From contig OZ223496.1 of NCBI GenBank assembly GCA_965140785.1, positions 1-64,000 of the forward strand: 64,000 nucleotides of DNA, given 5' to 3'. Within the stretch, counting starts at the first letter, position 1; every line of letters begins with the position of its first letter. This stretch comes from an uncultured Ruficoccus sp. GTDB lineage: Bacteria; Verrucomicrobiota; Verrucomicrobiia; Opitutales; Cerasicoccaceae. The translations under genes were made by a program, and so were the position numbers. The notes beneath the pieces are model-generated. The model did no database searches and had not been told where the DNA came from. It saw only the letters and a list, made by a program, of their open reading frames with translations. Shown here piece by piece: positions 20,467 through 29,839 of the stretch.

Positions 20467-21447
20467 ATGACCGACCCCCTGATTGACGCCCTGCGCGAAG
20501 CCGCCGACAACGGCGAACTTCTGTCCTACGCCGACTTCACGCGGCTGGCCCTTTATCACCCCGAGCACGGCTACTACTGCCAGCAACGCCAGCGGGTGGG
20601 CCGCACAGCGGAGGCTGATTTTTACACCGCCGCCAGCCTGGGAGGTGTCTTCGCTGACCTGCTGATGGAGGCCCTCGGCACACTCGCTCCCACGCCGCTG
20701 GAGAGCTACGCGCTGGTCGAGCTGGGGGTGGAGCCCGGACGGGGAACGCTGGCCGCGCAGGCCGGGCGCTTCGCCGGTTATACCGAGATCGGAGCCGGGC
20801 AGGAGCTGGACTTGCCGGCCCGCGCCGTGGTCTTCGCCAACGAACTGCTGGACGCCCAGCCCTTTCACCGCTTCGGATTTCACGGCGGGAAGTGGCGCGA
20901 ATATGGCGTCCGGGTCGGCCCCGACGGCCTGAGCGAAACGCTGCTTGAGAGTCCCGGCGAGGAGGCGGCGGAGTTTCTGGCCACGCTGCCCCCTTCCGGC
21001 GAAGGTTACCGGCTGGATATTTCGCTGGCGGCGGAGGCACTGCTGGCCCGAATCGCCCGCCAGGTGCGAGAGGGACTGCTTGTCTTCTTCGATTATGGCA
21101 AAAGCTGGCCCGAGCTGCTGGAGGCCACGCCAAAGGGGAGCGCCCGGGCCTACTATCGCCACGAGGCCGTCTCCGACCTACTCGCCCGCCCGGGGCAGCA
21201 GGACCTGACCTGCCATGTCTGCTGGGACCGCCTGGGCGGAGCCCTCAGTGCGCACGGCTGGCCCGGCTCCCGGCTGGAGAGCCAGGAGGCGTTTTTCGTC
21301 AAGCACGCGGCCCCGGAAATCGAGCGTATCATCACCGCCTCAGCGGCGGCCTTTGACCCGAAAAAACAAACGCTCAAAGAGCTGATCTACCCCGGCCACA
21401 TGGGCCGGAAATTCCAGGTTTTGTTCGCCTCACAGACCTCCGCTTGA
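20467..21447 (+). CDS. SAM-dependent methyltransferase, MidA/NDUFAF7 family
   Basis: ALYHPEHGYY, DFYTA, FANELLDAQP, FDYG, PGQQDLTCHV. Confidence 0.88.
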   Translation: MTDPLIDALREAADNGELLSYADFTRLALYHPEHGYYCQQRQRVGRTAEADFYTAASLGGVFADLLMEALGTLAPTPLESYALVELGVEPGRGTLAAQAGRFAGYTEIGAGQELDLPARAVVFANELLDAQPFHRFGFHGGKWREYGVRVGPDGLSETLLESPGEEAAEFLATLPPSGEGYRLDISLAAEALLARIARQVREGLLVFFDYGKSWPELLEATPKGSARAYYRHEAVSDLLARPGQQDLTCHVCWDRLGGALSAHGWPGSRLESQEAFFVKHAAPEIERIITASAAAFDPKKQTLKELIYPGHMGRKFQVLFASQTSA

Positions 21448-21648
21448 GTTTTTCGTCATAAAACTTTTCCATGCTTCCTCACAAGGCTTCGGCATTCCGC
21501 TTCCCTTTCTCTACAGAAATCCCTGTATAATCGGGGGTTAGGGTCCCTTATTGGCGGTAAATTTCCTTTCAAAATGGGTGCTAAAGGCCGTTGCCCATTG
21601 CATATCATCGCAAATTGAGGCTTACTATGGTGGCCTCAGAAAGGAAAA

Positions 21649-22296
21649 ATGGACCAAGGCCATCAGACTCAACTCCCGCTCCGTGCCCAAGGCTACTCCC
21701 TGGTGGAGTTAATGATTGGCATGGCCATTCTGGTGATCATCGCCGCCGGCACGACCTCAGCGATCTTCGTCAGCCGGATGCTGGCCGAAAGCAGCATTTA
21801 TCAGAATACGTCTTTCAGCGTCGCCCAGGGCTACGTCGAGCAGGTCAAAAGCATCGAGTACATCCTTCTGACCAACGCACTGGAGAACTATGAAAACCAC
21901 AAGGGCACGGTCAGCGGCTGGGGAGTGCTCAGCAACGACGCCTACCTCACCAACTCCATCGCCGAAAAGGTCATGCTCGAAACCAAGAGCATCGACGCCT
22001 CCGAGTCCGGCGTGGCCTCCACCATCGATGTGGAGACGGCCTCCCCGCTCTACATCGGAGCCTGGGTCGAACGCAACGTCCTGATCGACATCCGCAACCC
22101 CGGGCAGGAAAACCAGCACGAGCTACTCATGCCGATGCGCTTCAAAATCGAAATGAAAGACCTCTCCGATACTTCGGAGAAGGTGGAAGCGCTCGAGATC
22201 ACGCTGTTCTACCGTTACCAGATGCACCTCCGCGGCAACACTAAATGGTACGACGGAGAACTCCGCCTGGTCAAATGCAACGCCCCCACCTTTTAG
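21649..22296 (+). CDS. Type IV pilin-like protein (PilV-like)
   Basis: Class III signal G|YSLVELMIGMAIL. Confidence 0.8.
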   Translation: MDQGHQTQLPLRAQGYSLVELMIGMAILVIIAAGTTSAIFVSRMLAESSIYQNTSFSVAQGYVEQVKSIEYILLTNALENYENHKGTVSGWGVLSNDAYLTNSIAEKVMLETKSIDASESGVASTIDVETASPLYIGAWVERNVLIDIRNPGQENQHELLMPMRFKIEMKDLSDTSEKVEALEITLFYRYQMHLRGNTKWYDGELRLVKCNAPTF

Positions 22297-22305
22297 CCGC
22301 TCCTC

Positions 22306-23136
22306 ATGAAATACATCCTTCCAGTTTCCCACCGACACCGCGCTGCCTTCACGCTGGTGGAAATGATGTACACGGTGGGCATCATCGGTCTGCTCATGGC
22401 GGGCCTGCTGAGTTTTTACAAGGACTCCACGATCGCGATGTATGAAAGCGAGAAGAAATCGATGATCAACTACGACATGCGCAAGATCACCGAGGAGATG
22501 ACGAAAGAGGCGCGCAATGCGAACCACTTCATCATGTATGAGTCCTTCAATCAGGACTTCCGCAATGTTCCCCCCGATGCCCTGCAAAACGACGAGCACT
22601 TTTACGACCCCAATGGCTGGTCAACGGGTTATCTCACCGGCACCTCTCCCACCGACGCCTCCGTCCCGGAAGAAAACGTCGACTCTGACTTCAACCCGGC
22701 CAGCTACTTCCGCAAGCGCGACGGCGAATCCGGCGACTTTTTGCTCCTGATCAGCTACGGGGACGACCTTGCGCCCTATGACAGCGGTTCGGGCACCAAG
22801 TACCCTGACGACATCGACTACACCAAGCCCATCACCAAACTGGTTGGTTATTTCCGCTCCGTCGAAGATGCCACCGCCCAGACCGGCCCCGTTCGCAAGT
22901 TCGTCATCTATCCGACCGGGAACAATCAGTACAAACCGGTCGAGGAACTGATCCCCGACCCGTCGCAGGCCAACGGTTTCCCGGTGGTAATCGAACTCTC
23001 CAAGGGCTTGGCCAACCAGCGACTTTTCTACAACTACCGCGACACCAGCATCATGGTGAACGGTCAGATCATCCACGGCACGAGCGCCAAGCGCGTGACC
23101 GACACCTATAACTTCACCATATCACCCAGGGGCTAA
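22306..23136 (+). CDS. Type IV pilin-like protein (PilW-like)
   Basis: Class III signal A|FTLVEMMYTVGI. Confidence 0.8.
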   Translation: MKYILPVSHRHRAAFTLVEMMYTVGIIGLLMAGLLSFYKDSTIAMYESEKKSMINYDMRKITEEMTKEARNANHFIMYESFNQDFRNVPPDALQNDEHFYDPNGWSTGYLTGTSPTDASVPEENVDSDFNPASYFRKRDGESGDFLLLISYGDDLAPYDSGSGTKYPDDIDYTKPITKLVGYFRSVEDATAQTGPVRKFVIYPTGNNQYKPVEELIPDPSQANGFPVVIELSKGLANQRLFYNYRDTSIMVNGQIIHGTSAKRVTDTYNFTISPRG

Positions 23137-23137
23137 T

Positions 23138-25747
23138 ATGAAAACACTACCTCCACGTTCCGAAGACGTCCACGCCGGGCAGGCCAAGGCACTTCGCTGG
23201 CTGCGCTCGCGCCAGGGCTCCATGATCATGCTCGTATTACTGCTGACAGCCGGCGTTTCCATGGTGTTGGGCTCGGTCCTGAATTTTGGCATGACCGAGA
23301 AGAAGAACAATAGCCGACACATTCTTCATCAGGAGGCCAAGAACGCCGCCGAGTCCTTTGTCGAATACGGATTCGCGGACCTGATCGACCGCTTCCGCAC
23401 CCAGAGCGCCGTCGGCCTGGTCAGAAACTCCCTCTCCGCGGACCCGATCGCCATCCCCAATTCGGCGAGCAGCTTCTACAACGGTTCCAACATCGACCTG
23501 TCCGAGTGCGAACTGGTGGTGGGTGAAATCCCCGACGCGGCGACCGAAGTTTACATCGACCCCACCGACCCCAGCAATGAGTTCGACCCCCTGAAGGGTA
23601 AACGGGCCTATGTGCGCCGGATCGAGGTCCTGGCCAAGGCTGTCGCCAAGTCCAGCCTCAACGGTGGCATGACCATGGACGCCTATGCCCGCGAGGTGCT
23701 GGAAGTCCGCGACTCTCCCCTCTTCGCCCACGCCATTTTCTACAACATGGACCTGGAACTGCACCCGGGGCCGAACATGTACGTTTACGGCCCGGTCCAT
23801 ACCAATAAAGACTTCTGGATCGAGGCCAGCAACGGCCTGAAATTCTACGAAACGATCAGCTCGGCCGGCCGCATTCTTCACGGCTACAAGCTCACCAGCA
23901 TGTACCCGAACGGCACCCTCAAGTCCCAGAACGACCACACCCAGCAGGCCTCGGTGCAGATCGTTAATTCCCAGGGGGCGTTCAAGGATATGTACATCGG
24001 TGGCAACAAAAGCACCGACGCCGCTTGGCTCGACTACCGAGACAAGGACTGGCGCGCGGCCTCTTCGCAGCGTTGGGACGGCTTCCTTCAGGACACCGCC
24101 CACGGCGTGCCCGTTCTCAATCCGGTCGGGATCTCTGACTACATCCCGCTCGACCAGTCCATCACCGAAGGCGCCCGGCTCAATCCCTCCGACCCCGACA
24201 GTAAGATCAACGTGATCTACAACCACGCCTACGCCCTGATCGAGCCAGTCCTGGCCACCGGCCACCCCAACTACAAGGGAGCCGCCGTCCGTCAGGAGAA
24301 ATACGCCTTCAAGGCAGGCCTGGTTTTCAAACTCGAACAGGTCGATACGATCCACCCGCACCCCTACTACGCGCATGGCTACTCCAATACCAGCGCGAAC
24401 CAGAGCTTCGCCGCGGACCGGCACGTCTATCAGGTCAAGGCCTATAAGTATGAGCGCGACAGCGACGGCGATCCCATCATCGATAGCGGCACCGGTTATC
24501 CGAAGATGATCCAGGTCAAGCTCCCGCAGGGGCTCATCGGGGCCGCTGACGATACCATGCGCGTGATCGCCAAAGACGGCGAACTGGAGCTCTACAAAAC
24601 CAGCGATGAAGAGACTGATGACGCCAAGGTGGGCACCACCACCTGGGAATGGAAAAAGGTCAACGGGAGATGGGTTCAAGTTGAATCCGATCCCTACGAA
24701 AAATCCAACGACTACAATCCACAGTCGGGCGATGTCGTAGCCGGGATGTACGACCACCGCGAAGACAAGGCGCTGGACATGCTCACGCTCAATGTCGAGC
24801 GCCTGTGCGAACTGGTGGACAACACCGATTCCGGTTACGCCCCCACCGACTGGGACCACCACTACGGACCCGGCCCCGCCCCCACTGGCGTCTTTAATCC
24901 GTCCACCGACTGGAACGGTATTATCTATGTGGATTTTCCCGTCAACACGGATGTGAAGTCGAGCAGTTCTTCCCAGGACGTCAACAAGACCTCCAGTGGC
25001 AGCCCGCGTCGCTATGACAACATCGTCACCGGCACGGACAAATTCATCGCCTTGCAGGTCGTCAACGCTTCCCGCTTCCCCCGCCCCACCTTCGCCGAAG
25101 AAAAGGGGCTGACCGTCGCCACCAACGCCCCCCTGTACACCATCGGAAACGTCAACGCCAACGGCCGCTCGCACACCAATGACGCCAACATGCCCGACAA
25201 CAGCAGCGAGCCTCCCGGCTCCTTCGCCTCGGACACCGTGACGGTCCTGTCCAACCGCTGGTACCCGGACGGCGCCAACAACCGCAAGTACAGCAACCGC
25301 AGTAACACCAACAATCGGAAGGCTGCCTACACGGAGTTCTCCGCCGCCATCCTGACCGGCCTCAAGCCGACCATCCCCAACAACTCGCCCAACATCCCTC
25401 CCCGCGGTGCCATCAGTGGCGGGGCGCACAACTTCCCGCGCTTCCTGGAATACTGGAATAGCGAGCTGACCATCCGCGGCTCACTGGTCGCCCTCTTCGA
25501 GAGCGAGGTCCACGACCTGGCCATGCCGACGAGCTCCGGCCACTACTACAACCCGCCCACCCGTGACTGGGGCTTCAATGAGAACTTCCGAAATGGCAAC
25601 TACCCCCCGGGCACTCCCAACACGCGCACCTACCGCCGTGTGTCCCTGGAAGACATTCCTGCAAACTCCAAGGGCAACAGCAGTGATCCGGATTTCCAGG
25701 AAGGCTACGTACAGGCCAAGTCCCGCATCCAGGGAAGCTCCAGCTAA
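23138..25747 (+). CDS. Large PilX-like pilus-associated protein (869 aa)
   Basis: RQG|SMIMLVLLL N-terminus lacking E5, AKNAAES, GPVHTN, C-terminal GGAHNFPRFLEYW and YYNPPTRDWGF. Confidence 0.75.
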   Translation: MKTLPPRSEDVHAGQAKALRWLRSRQGSMIMLVLLLTAGVSMVLGSVLNFGMTEKKNNSRHILHQEAKNAAESFVEYGFADLIDRFRTQSAVGLVRNSLSADPIAIPNSASSFYNGSNIDLSECELVVGEIPDAATEVYIDPTDPSNEFDPLKGKRAYVRRIEVLAKAVAKSSLNGGMTMDAYAREVLEVRDSPLFAHAIFYNMDLELHPGPNMYVYGPVHTNKDFWIEASNGLKFYETISSAGRILHGYKLTSMYPNGTLKSQNDHTQQASVQIVNSQGAFKDMYIGGNKSTDAAWLDYRDKDWRAASSQRWDGFLQDTAHGVPVLNPVGISDYIPLDQSITEGARLNPSDPDSKINVIYNHAYALIEPVLATGHPNYKGAAVRQEKYAFKAGLVFKLEQVDTIHPHPYYAHGYSNTSANQSFAADRHVYQVKAYKYERDSDGDPIIDSGTGYPKMIQVKLPQGLIGAADDTMRVIAKDGELELYKTSDEETDDAKVGTTTWEWKKVNGRWVQVESDPYEKSNDYNPQSGDVVAGMYDHREDKALDMLTLNVERLCELVDNTDSGYAPTDWDHHYGPGPAPTGVFNPSTDWNGIIYVDFPVNTDVKSSSSSQDVNKTSSGSPRRYDNIVTGTDKFIALQVVNASRFPRPTFAEEKGLTVATNAPLYTIGNVNANGRSHTNDANMPDNSSEPPGSFASDTVTVLSNRWYPDGANNRKYSNRSNTNNRKAAYTEFSAAILTGLKPTIPNNSPNIPPRGAISGGAHNFPRFLEYWNSELTIRGSLVALFESEVHDLAMPTSSGHYYNPPTRDWGFNENFRNGNYPPGTPNTRTYRRVSLEDIPANSKGNSSDPDFQEGYVQAKSRIQGSSS

Positions 25748-25756
25748 CCTTCACCC

Positions 25757-26527
25757 ATGCGGGCCATTTTCAAAACGCTTAGCTTAACGGTCATAGCCCT
25801 GGGTCTGGCACTCGGCTGCCGGGCCCAGGGAACTGCCGACGACGAGGAGAAGCCCTTCGACGGGCCGGTCTATCCGCGGCCTGCGGCCTCCCCGGGCGCG
25901 ATCAACTTCCAGGTCGTCCCCTTCATGGCGGATGGCTTCCGCAGCACCCGGTCCGAGCTCAGTTGCCACCTCTTCGCCGCTAACACACTCCCGCCCCAGA
26001 ACTGGGTACGGGTTTCCCTGCCGGGGACGTCGCTGTCGTCCCAGGGCGCCTACTATCCGAAGGTGAAATGGGCGATGTACCTGTGGCCACCCGACAGCTT
26101 CCTGCCCAACCTGAGCGACCTCACCCTGACCGGCTACGCCGAGGGCATTAAGCAAACCTATCCCGAGCAGGTCGAAATCCTCAACTACGACTCCGGCTAC
26201 CGCTCGCAGGTCATCCCGGTTATCTTCAACCGCGACCCGCGTATGCTGGCCTACAAGATCACCGATCCGGCCACCGGCGCCGTCACCCTGCGCTACGATA
26301 CCTTTGTCTTGTTCGATGAGTCCCTGCTCGAGTTCTCCATCTGGGGCCCTCCCGACGAGGTGAAAAACATGCTCGGCTGGTTCTCCGTCATCCCGGAAAA
26401 TCTTTCCCTGACCACCCCCGACAAAAGCTACGAGGAAGATACCCAAAGCGCTTACACCAATCCGCCGCCCCCCGAAGCAGAAACCGGCGACCCCCAAAAC
26501 CAAAAGCCCCCGCGTGGCGGCTTGTAA
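25757..26527 (+). CDS. Secreted or lipoprotein hypothetical protein
   Basis: Signal peptide with LGC, 9 nt after the PilX-like gene; host-like codon usage. Confidence 0.7.
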   Translation: MRAIFKTLSLTVIALGLALGCRAQGTADDEEKPFDGPVYPRPAASPGAINFQVVPFMADGFRSTRSELSCHLFAANTLPPQNWVRVSLPGTSLSSQGAYYPKVKWAMYLWPPDSFLPNLSDLTLTGYAEGIKQTYPEQVEILNYDSGYRSQVIPVIFNRDPRMLAYKITDPATGAVTLRYDTFVLFDESLLEFSIWGPPDEVKNMLGWFSVIPENLSLTTPDKSYEEDTQSAYTNPPPPEAETGDPQNQKPPRGGL

Positions 26528-26608
26528 GCTCGATTCAAATAGAAGCCCCGGCGAAGAGTGATCTATTTTTAACAGGAAGGCCGGAGTGACCCAAAGGGAT
26601 AAGCGCCG

Positions 26609-27481
26609 TCACTCCACGTTCTGCGCCTGCTCGCGGATGCGCTCCAGTTCGTTTTTGCAGTCGATCACGATCCGGGTCAGCTCGAGTTGGTTGGCCTTGC
26701 TGCCGGAGGTGTTGACCTCGCGGTGGATTTCCTGGCACAGGAAATCCATCTTGCGGCCAATGGCGCCGTCCTCCTCCAGGGTGGCGCGGAACTGCTCAAT
26801 GTGGCTGGCCAGCCGGGTCAGCTCCTCGGCGATGTCTGCCCGGTCGGCGAAGAGCGAGATCTCCTTGAGCACGCGCTCGTCGTCGAGCTCGAGTTCGAGC
26901 CCGGCCTTTTGCAGGCGGGCGAAAAGTTGCTCCCGGTAAGTGGGAACCACTTCTGCGGCGGTCTCGCGCATCTTCACCACCTGCTCCTCCAGAAAAGCCA
27001 GCCGCTCCAGCAAGTCCTTCTTCAAGGTCTCGCCCTCGCTCGCCTTCATGGCCTTAAAACCTTCCAGTGCCGGCGTCAGCGCCTCCATGACGAGGGGCTT
27101 CGCCGCGTCGGCCTCGGGCAGCTCGGAGCCGGTGTCGAGGCTGTTGATGACGCGCAGCAGCAGGTCGCCGTCAGGGGCGATAGTCATGCCGTGCTCGTGG
27201 GCAAAGGCTTCCAGTCGCCGGACGGTGGAGAGGACTTTCTCGTCGTCCCAGTCCAGCCCGGCCCCCTGCCCGACCCGCCGCACCTGCACATAGACCGAGA
27301 CCTTGCCCCGCAGCACGCAACCGCGAACCGCCTCGCTCAGATCGCGCTCAAGCGACTGCCACTCGCGCGGCATGGAGACCCCGACTTCGAGCGACTTGCG
27401 GTTAACGGAGGACACCTCCACGGTGATCTCCAACTGCTCACTGCGCGCTTCTCCGCGCCCGAATCCGGTCATCGACTGCAT
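26609..27481 (-). CDS. yicC: YicC/YloC family endoribonuclease
   Basis: MQSMTGFG, EELTRLASH, GRKMDFLCQEIHREVNT...SK, EQAQNVE. Confidence 0.95.
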   Translation of the reverse strand: MQSMTGFGRGEARSEQLEITVEVSSVNRKSLEVGVSMPREWQSLERDLSEAVRGCVLRGKVSVYVQVRRVGQGAGLDWDDEKVLSTVRRLEAFAHEHGMTIAPDGDLLLRVINSLDTGSELPEADAAKPLVMEALTPALEGFKAMKASEGETLKKDLLERLAFLEEQVVKMRETAAEVVPTYREQLFARLQKAGLELELDDERVLKEISLFADRADIAEELTRLASHIEQFRATLEEDGAIGRKMDFLCQEIHREVNTSGSKANQLELTRIVIDCKNELERIREQAQNVE

Positions 27482-27534
27482 GGCGGGAGCGTAGTGCAAG
27501 GGCAGGCACGGGTGGAAGCAAAAACAGGCGCCCC

Positions 27535-27750
27535 TTATTCCGTCAGGAAGGCATACAAAATCACGATTAACAGGGTTATGCCAAAACAGAGCGCGCCCAA
27601 GGCGATCTCGCTGAACCAATTCTTTAAAACGGCATCCGTACGCTCCTGCGTAGAGGCGATGACATTCAGTTTGCCCACGAGCAGATTAAAGTCCGGAAAT
27701 CCATCGGGGATCCAAATTTTAAAATCCCTGCCTATTATGTTTATGTTCAA
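27535..27750 (-). CDS. Small membrane hypothetical protein or gene remnant (AT-rich)
   Basis: 71 aa with a C-terminal hydrophobic helix; overlaps the upstream stop. Confidence 0.35.
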   Translation of the reverse strand: MNINIIGRDFKIWIPDGFPDFNLLVGKLNVIASTQERTDAVLKNWFSEIALGALCFGITLLIVILYAFLTE

Positions 27751-28022
27751 TCAAACCCAACTAACCATAACGACACCATCGAAAAAACAACCCCGATAGC
27801 CATAATAATTAAAACAAACAAAAATCTAAACGGTCTTTTTCCGTATTCTAGCAATCCATCTTGCTTTGTGTACACCCTTCCAGTGGTCAAACCCTCGAAT
27901 AACGCCATCGCCAACACAACAGCAATTGCCGTCGACAGCAACGCAGTAATATACTCACACCCTAATGCCAATGCAATAATTGTGTTTAGCGATATAAACA
28001 AAAGTAACAAATAAAAAAGCAT
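27747..28022 (-). CDS. Small 3-TM membrane protein (AT-rich)
   Basis: 91 aa with three hydrophobic stretches. Confidence 0.55.
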   Translation of the reverse strand: MLFYLLLLFISLNTIIALALGCEYITALLSTAIAVVLAMALFEGLTTGRVYTKQDGLLEYGKRPFRFLFVLIIMAIGVVFSMVSLWLVGFD

Positions 28023-28032
28023 GAGCCTAAAT

Positions 28033-28431
28033 TCATGGAATTATCTCTGCCCCACCATTCTTTCTGGCCCGGTAATTCGAATGTGGATAAATTTCGCAGG
28101 CGAGAATATCACTGAACATGACTTCCCGGTACTCGGGCTGCGGCAGTTTTAGAAAAGACCCTCGACCCAGAGCCCAGCCGTCAAATACGACAGTCCGATT
28201 TTCATAATCAATAATAACCCGGTACGCGCGTTCTTTTTGTCCGTTTTTTCTTTCAAACAGGCAGAACGTCAGGGCAGCACAAAACGCAACCGCCGTGATA
28301 ATAATATTATAGGCCGGGCTCCCGAGCAGCAGCAGAGCAAGCAATATCGCCAACGGGAATGCCGCGATAAGCCAACGCATATTCTTCTTCGCTAAAGAGC
28401 GCGATTCGAAGACATGCTTGTTCGAAGGCAT
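28033..28431 (-). CDS. Membrane hypothetical protein, possibly 3'-truncated
   Basis: ATG 1 nt after the trpB stop; two TM helices, then a soluble domain that ends abruptly. Confidence 0.55.
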   Translation of the reverse strand: MPSNKHVFESRSLAKKNMRWLIAAFPLAILLALLLLGSPAYNIIITAVAFCAALTFCLFERKNGQKERAYRVIIDYENRTVVFDGWALGRGSFLKLPQPEYREVMFSDILACEIYPHSNYRARKNGGAEIIP

Positions 28432-28432
28432 C

Positions 28433-29653
28433 TTACATCTCCATCAAGCGCATGACTTCCTGCACGTCCTTGTCGCCGCGGCCGGAGAGGTTGACGACGA
28501 GGATCTGGTCGGAGGACATCTGCGGGGCGCGCTTGAGGGCGTAGGCGACGGCGTGGGTGCTCTCCAGCGCAGGGATGATACCCTCGGTGCGGCTCAGCAC
28601 CTCGAAGGCGCTCATCACGTCCTTGTCCGTGGCGTAGCCGTAGTGGATGCGCCCGCGGTCGTGGTAAAAGGCGTGCTCGGGGCCGATGGCGGCGTAGTCG
28701 AGGCCCGCCGAGACCGAGTGGGTGAGGTTGATCTGGCCGTCGTCGTTTTGCAGGATATAGGTCTTGCTGCCTTGGAGGACGCCGATGCGCCCGCCCTCGA
28801 AACGCGCGGCGTGCTGGCCGTCCGAAATGCCGTGACCGCCGGCTTCCACGCCCACCAGGCGCACGTCGAGGTCTTCCAGAAACTCGTAAAAGAGGCCGAT
28901 GCAGTTGCTGCCCCCGCCGACGCAGGCGGCCAGCTCATCGGGCAGGCGGCCCTCGGCCTCCAGTATCTGGCGGCGCACTTCCTCGCCGATCACCTTATGG
29001 AAATCGCGTACCATCATCGGGAAGGGGTGCGAGCCGAGCGCCGAGCCCAGAATGTAGTGGGTGTCGCCGACACTGGCCACCCAGTCGCGCATGGCCTCGT
29101 TGACGGCATCCTTGAGGGTCTTCTGTCCCGAATCCACAGAGCGGACCTCGGCCCCCATCAGGCGCATGCGAAAGACGTTGAGCGCCTGGCGGCGCATGTC
29201 CTCGGCTCCCATGTAAATAACGCACTCCAGGCCGAAGCGCGCGCAGACCGCTGCGGTGGCAACCCCGTGCTGCCCGGCCCCGGTCTCAGCGATGATGCGC
29301 TTCTTGCCCATGCGGCGAGCGAGCAGGGCCTGGCCGATGCAGTTGTTGACCTTGTGCGCGCCGGTGTGGAGGCCGTCTTCGCGCTTGAGGTAAATCTTCG
29401 CTCCGCCGCAGGCCTCGGTCAGGCGCTCGGCGAAGTACAGCTCGGTAGGACGACCGGCGTACTGGCGCAGAAAGTAATCCAGGTCGGCCTGGAAAGCAGG
29501 GTCGTTTTTGGCCTGCTGGTAGGCTTCGGTCAGCTCGAAGAGCGCGGTCATGAGCGTCTCGGGCACGTACATGCCGCCGTATTCGCCGAAGTGGCCGGCG
29601 GCATCGGGCAGCGTGGTACGGTCAAGCGTCTCGGGAAGGGTGTCTTTGGCCAT
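28433..29653 (-). CDS. trpB: Tryptophan synthase beta chain
   Basis: [47 protein letters not shown]. Confidence 0.98.
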   Translation of the reverse strand: MAKDTLPETLDRTTLPDAAGHFGEYGGMYVPETLMTALFELTEAYQQAKNDPAFQADLDYFLRQYAGRPTELYFAERLTEACGGAKIYLKREDGLHTGAHKVNNCIGQALLARRMGKKRIIAETGAGQHGVATAAVCARFGLECVIYMGAEDMRRQALNVFRMRLMGAEVRSVDSGQKTLKDAVNEAMRDWVASVGDTHYILGSALGSHPFPMMVRDFHKVIGEEVRRQILEAEGRLPDELAACVGGGSNCIGLFYEFLEDLDVRLVGVEAGGHGISDGQHAARFEGGRIGVLQGSKTYILQNDDGQINLTHSVSAGLDYAAIGPEHAFYHDRGRIHYGYATDKDVMSAFEVLSRTEGIIPALESTHAVAYALKRAPQMSSDQILVVNLSGRGDKDVQEVMRLMEM

Positions 29654-29715
29654 GGGAGGGAAAAGTCTTTGCGTGAAAAACCGCCACGCTACGCATTCTC
29701 CGTCAATTTGGCAAG

Positions 29716-29838
29716 CGGGTTACACCCGGCAGGACAGAGTCCTGCACGGGGTGGTCGAACTGTCAAACATCCCTCAGGGGTAGGAGCCTTCCTGGCTCGG
29801 TAGGGGCAGAGCCCCTCAAGACCACCGGGTGTAACCCG
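29716..29838. repeat. 123-bp multi-branched inverted-repeat element
   Basis: Perfect 14-bp terminal IR CGGGTTACACCCGG/CCGGGTGTAACCCG enclosing several hairpins. Confidence 0.75.
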
Positions 29839-29839
29839 G

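Noticed and set aside
29717..29724. GGGTTACA shared with the arm-like repeats at 47107
   Set aside because: A single 8-9-nt match is expected by chance and lies in an unrelated context.
29716..29838. SRP RNA, 6S RNA or T-box identity for the structured element
   Set aside because: Lacks the SRP helix-8 motif and the T-box consensus, and is too short and branched for 6S.
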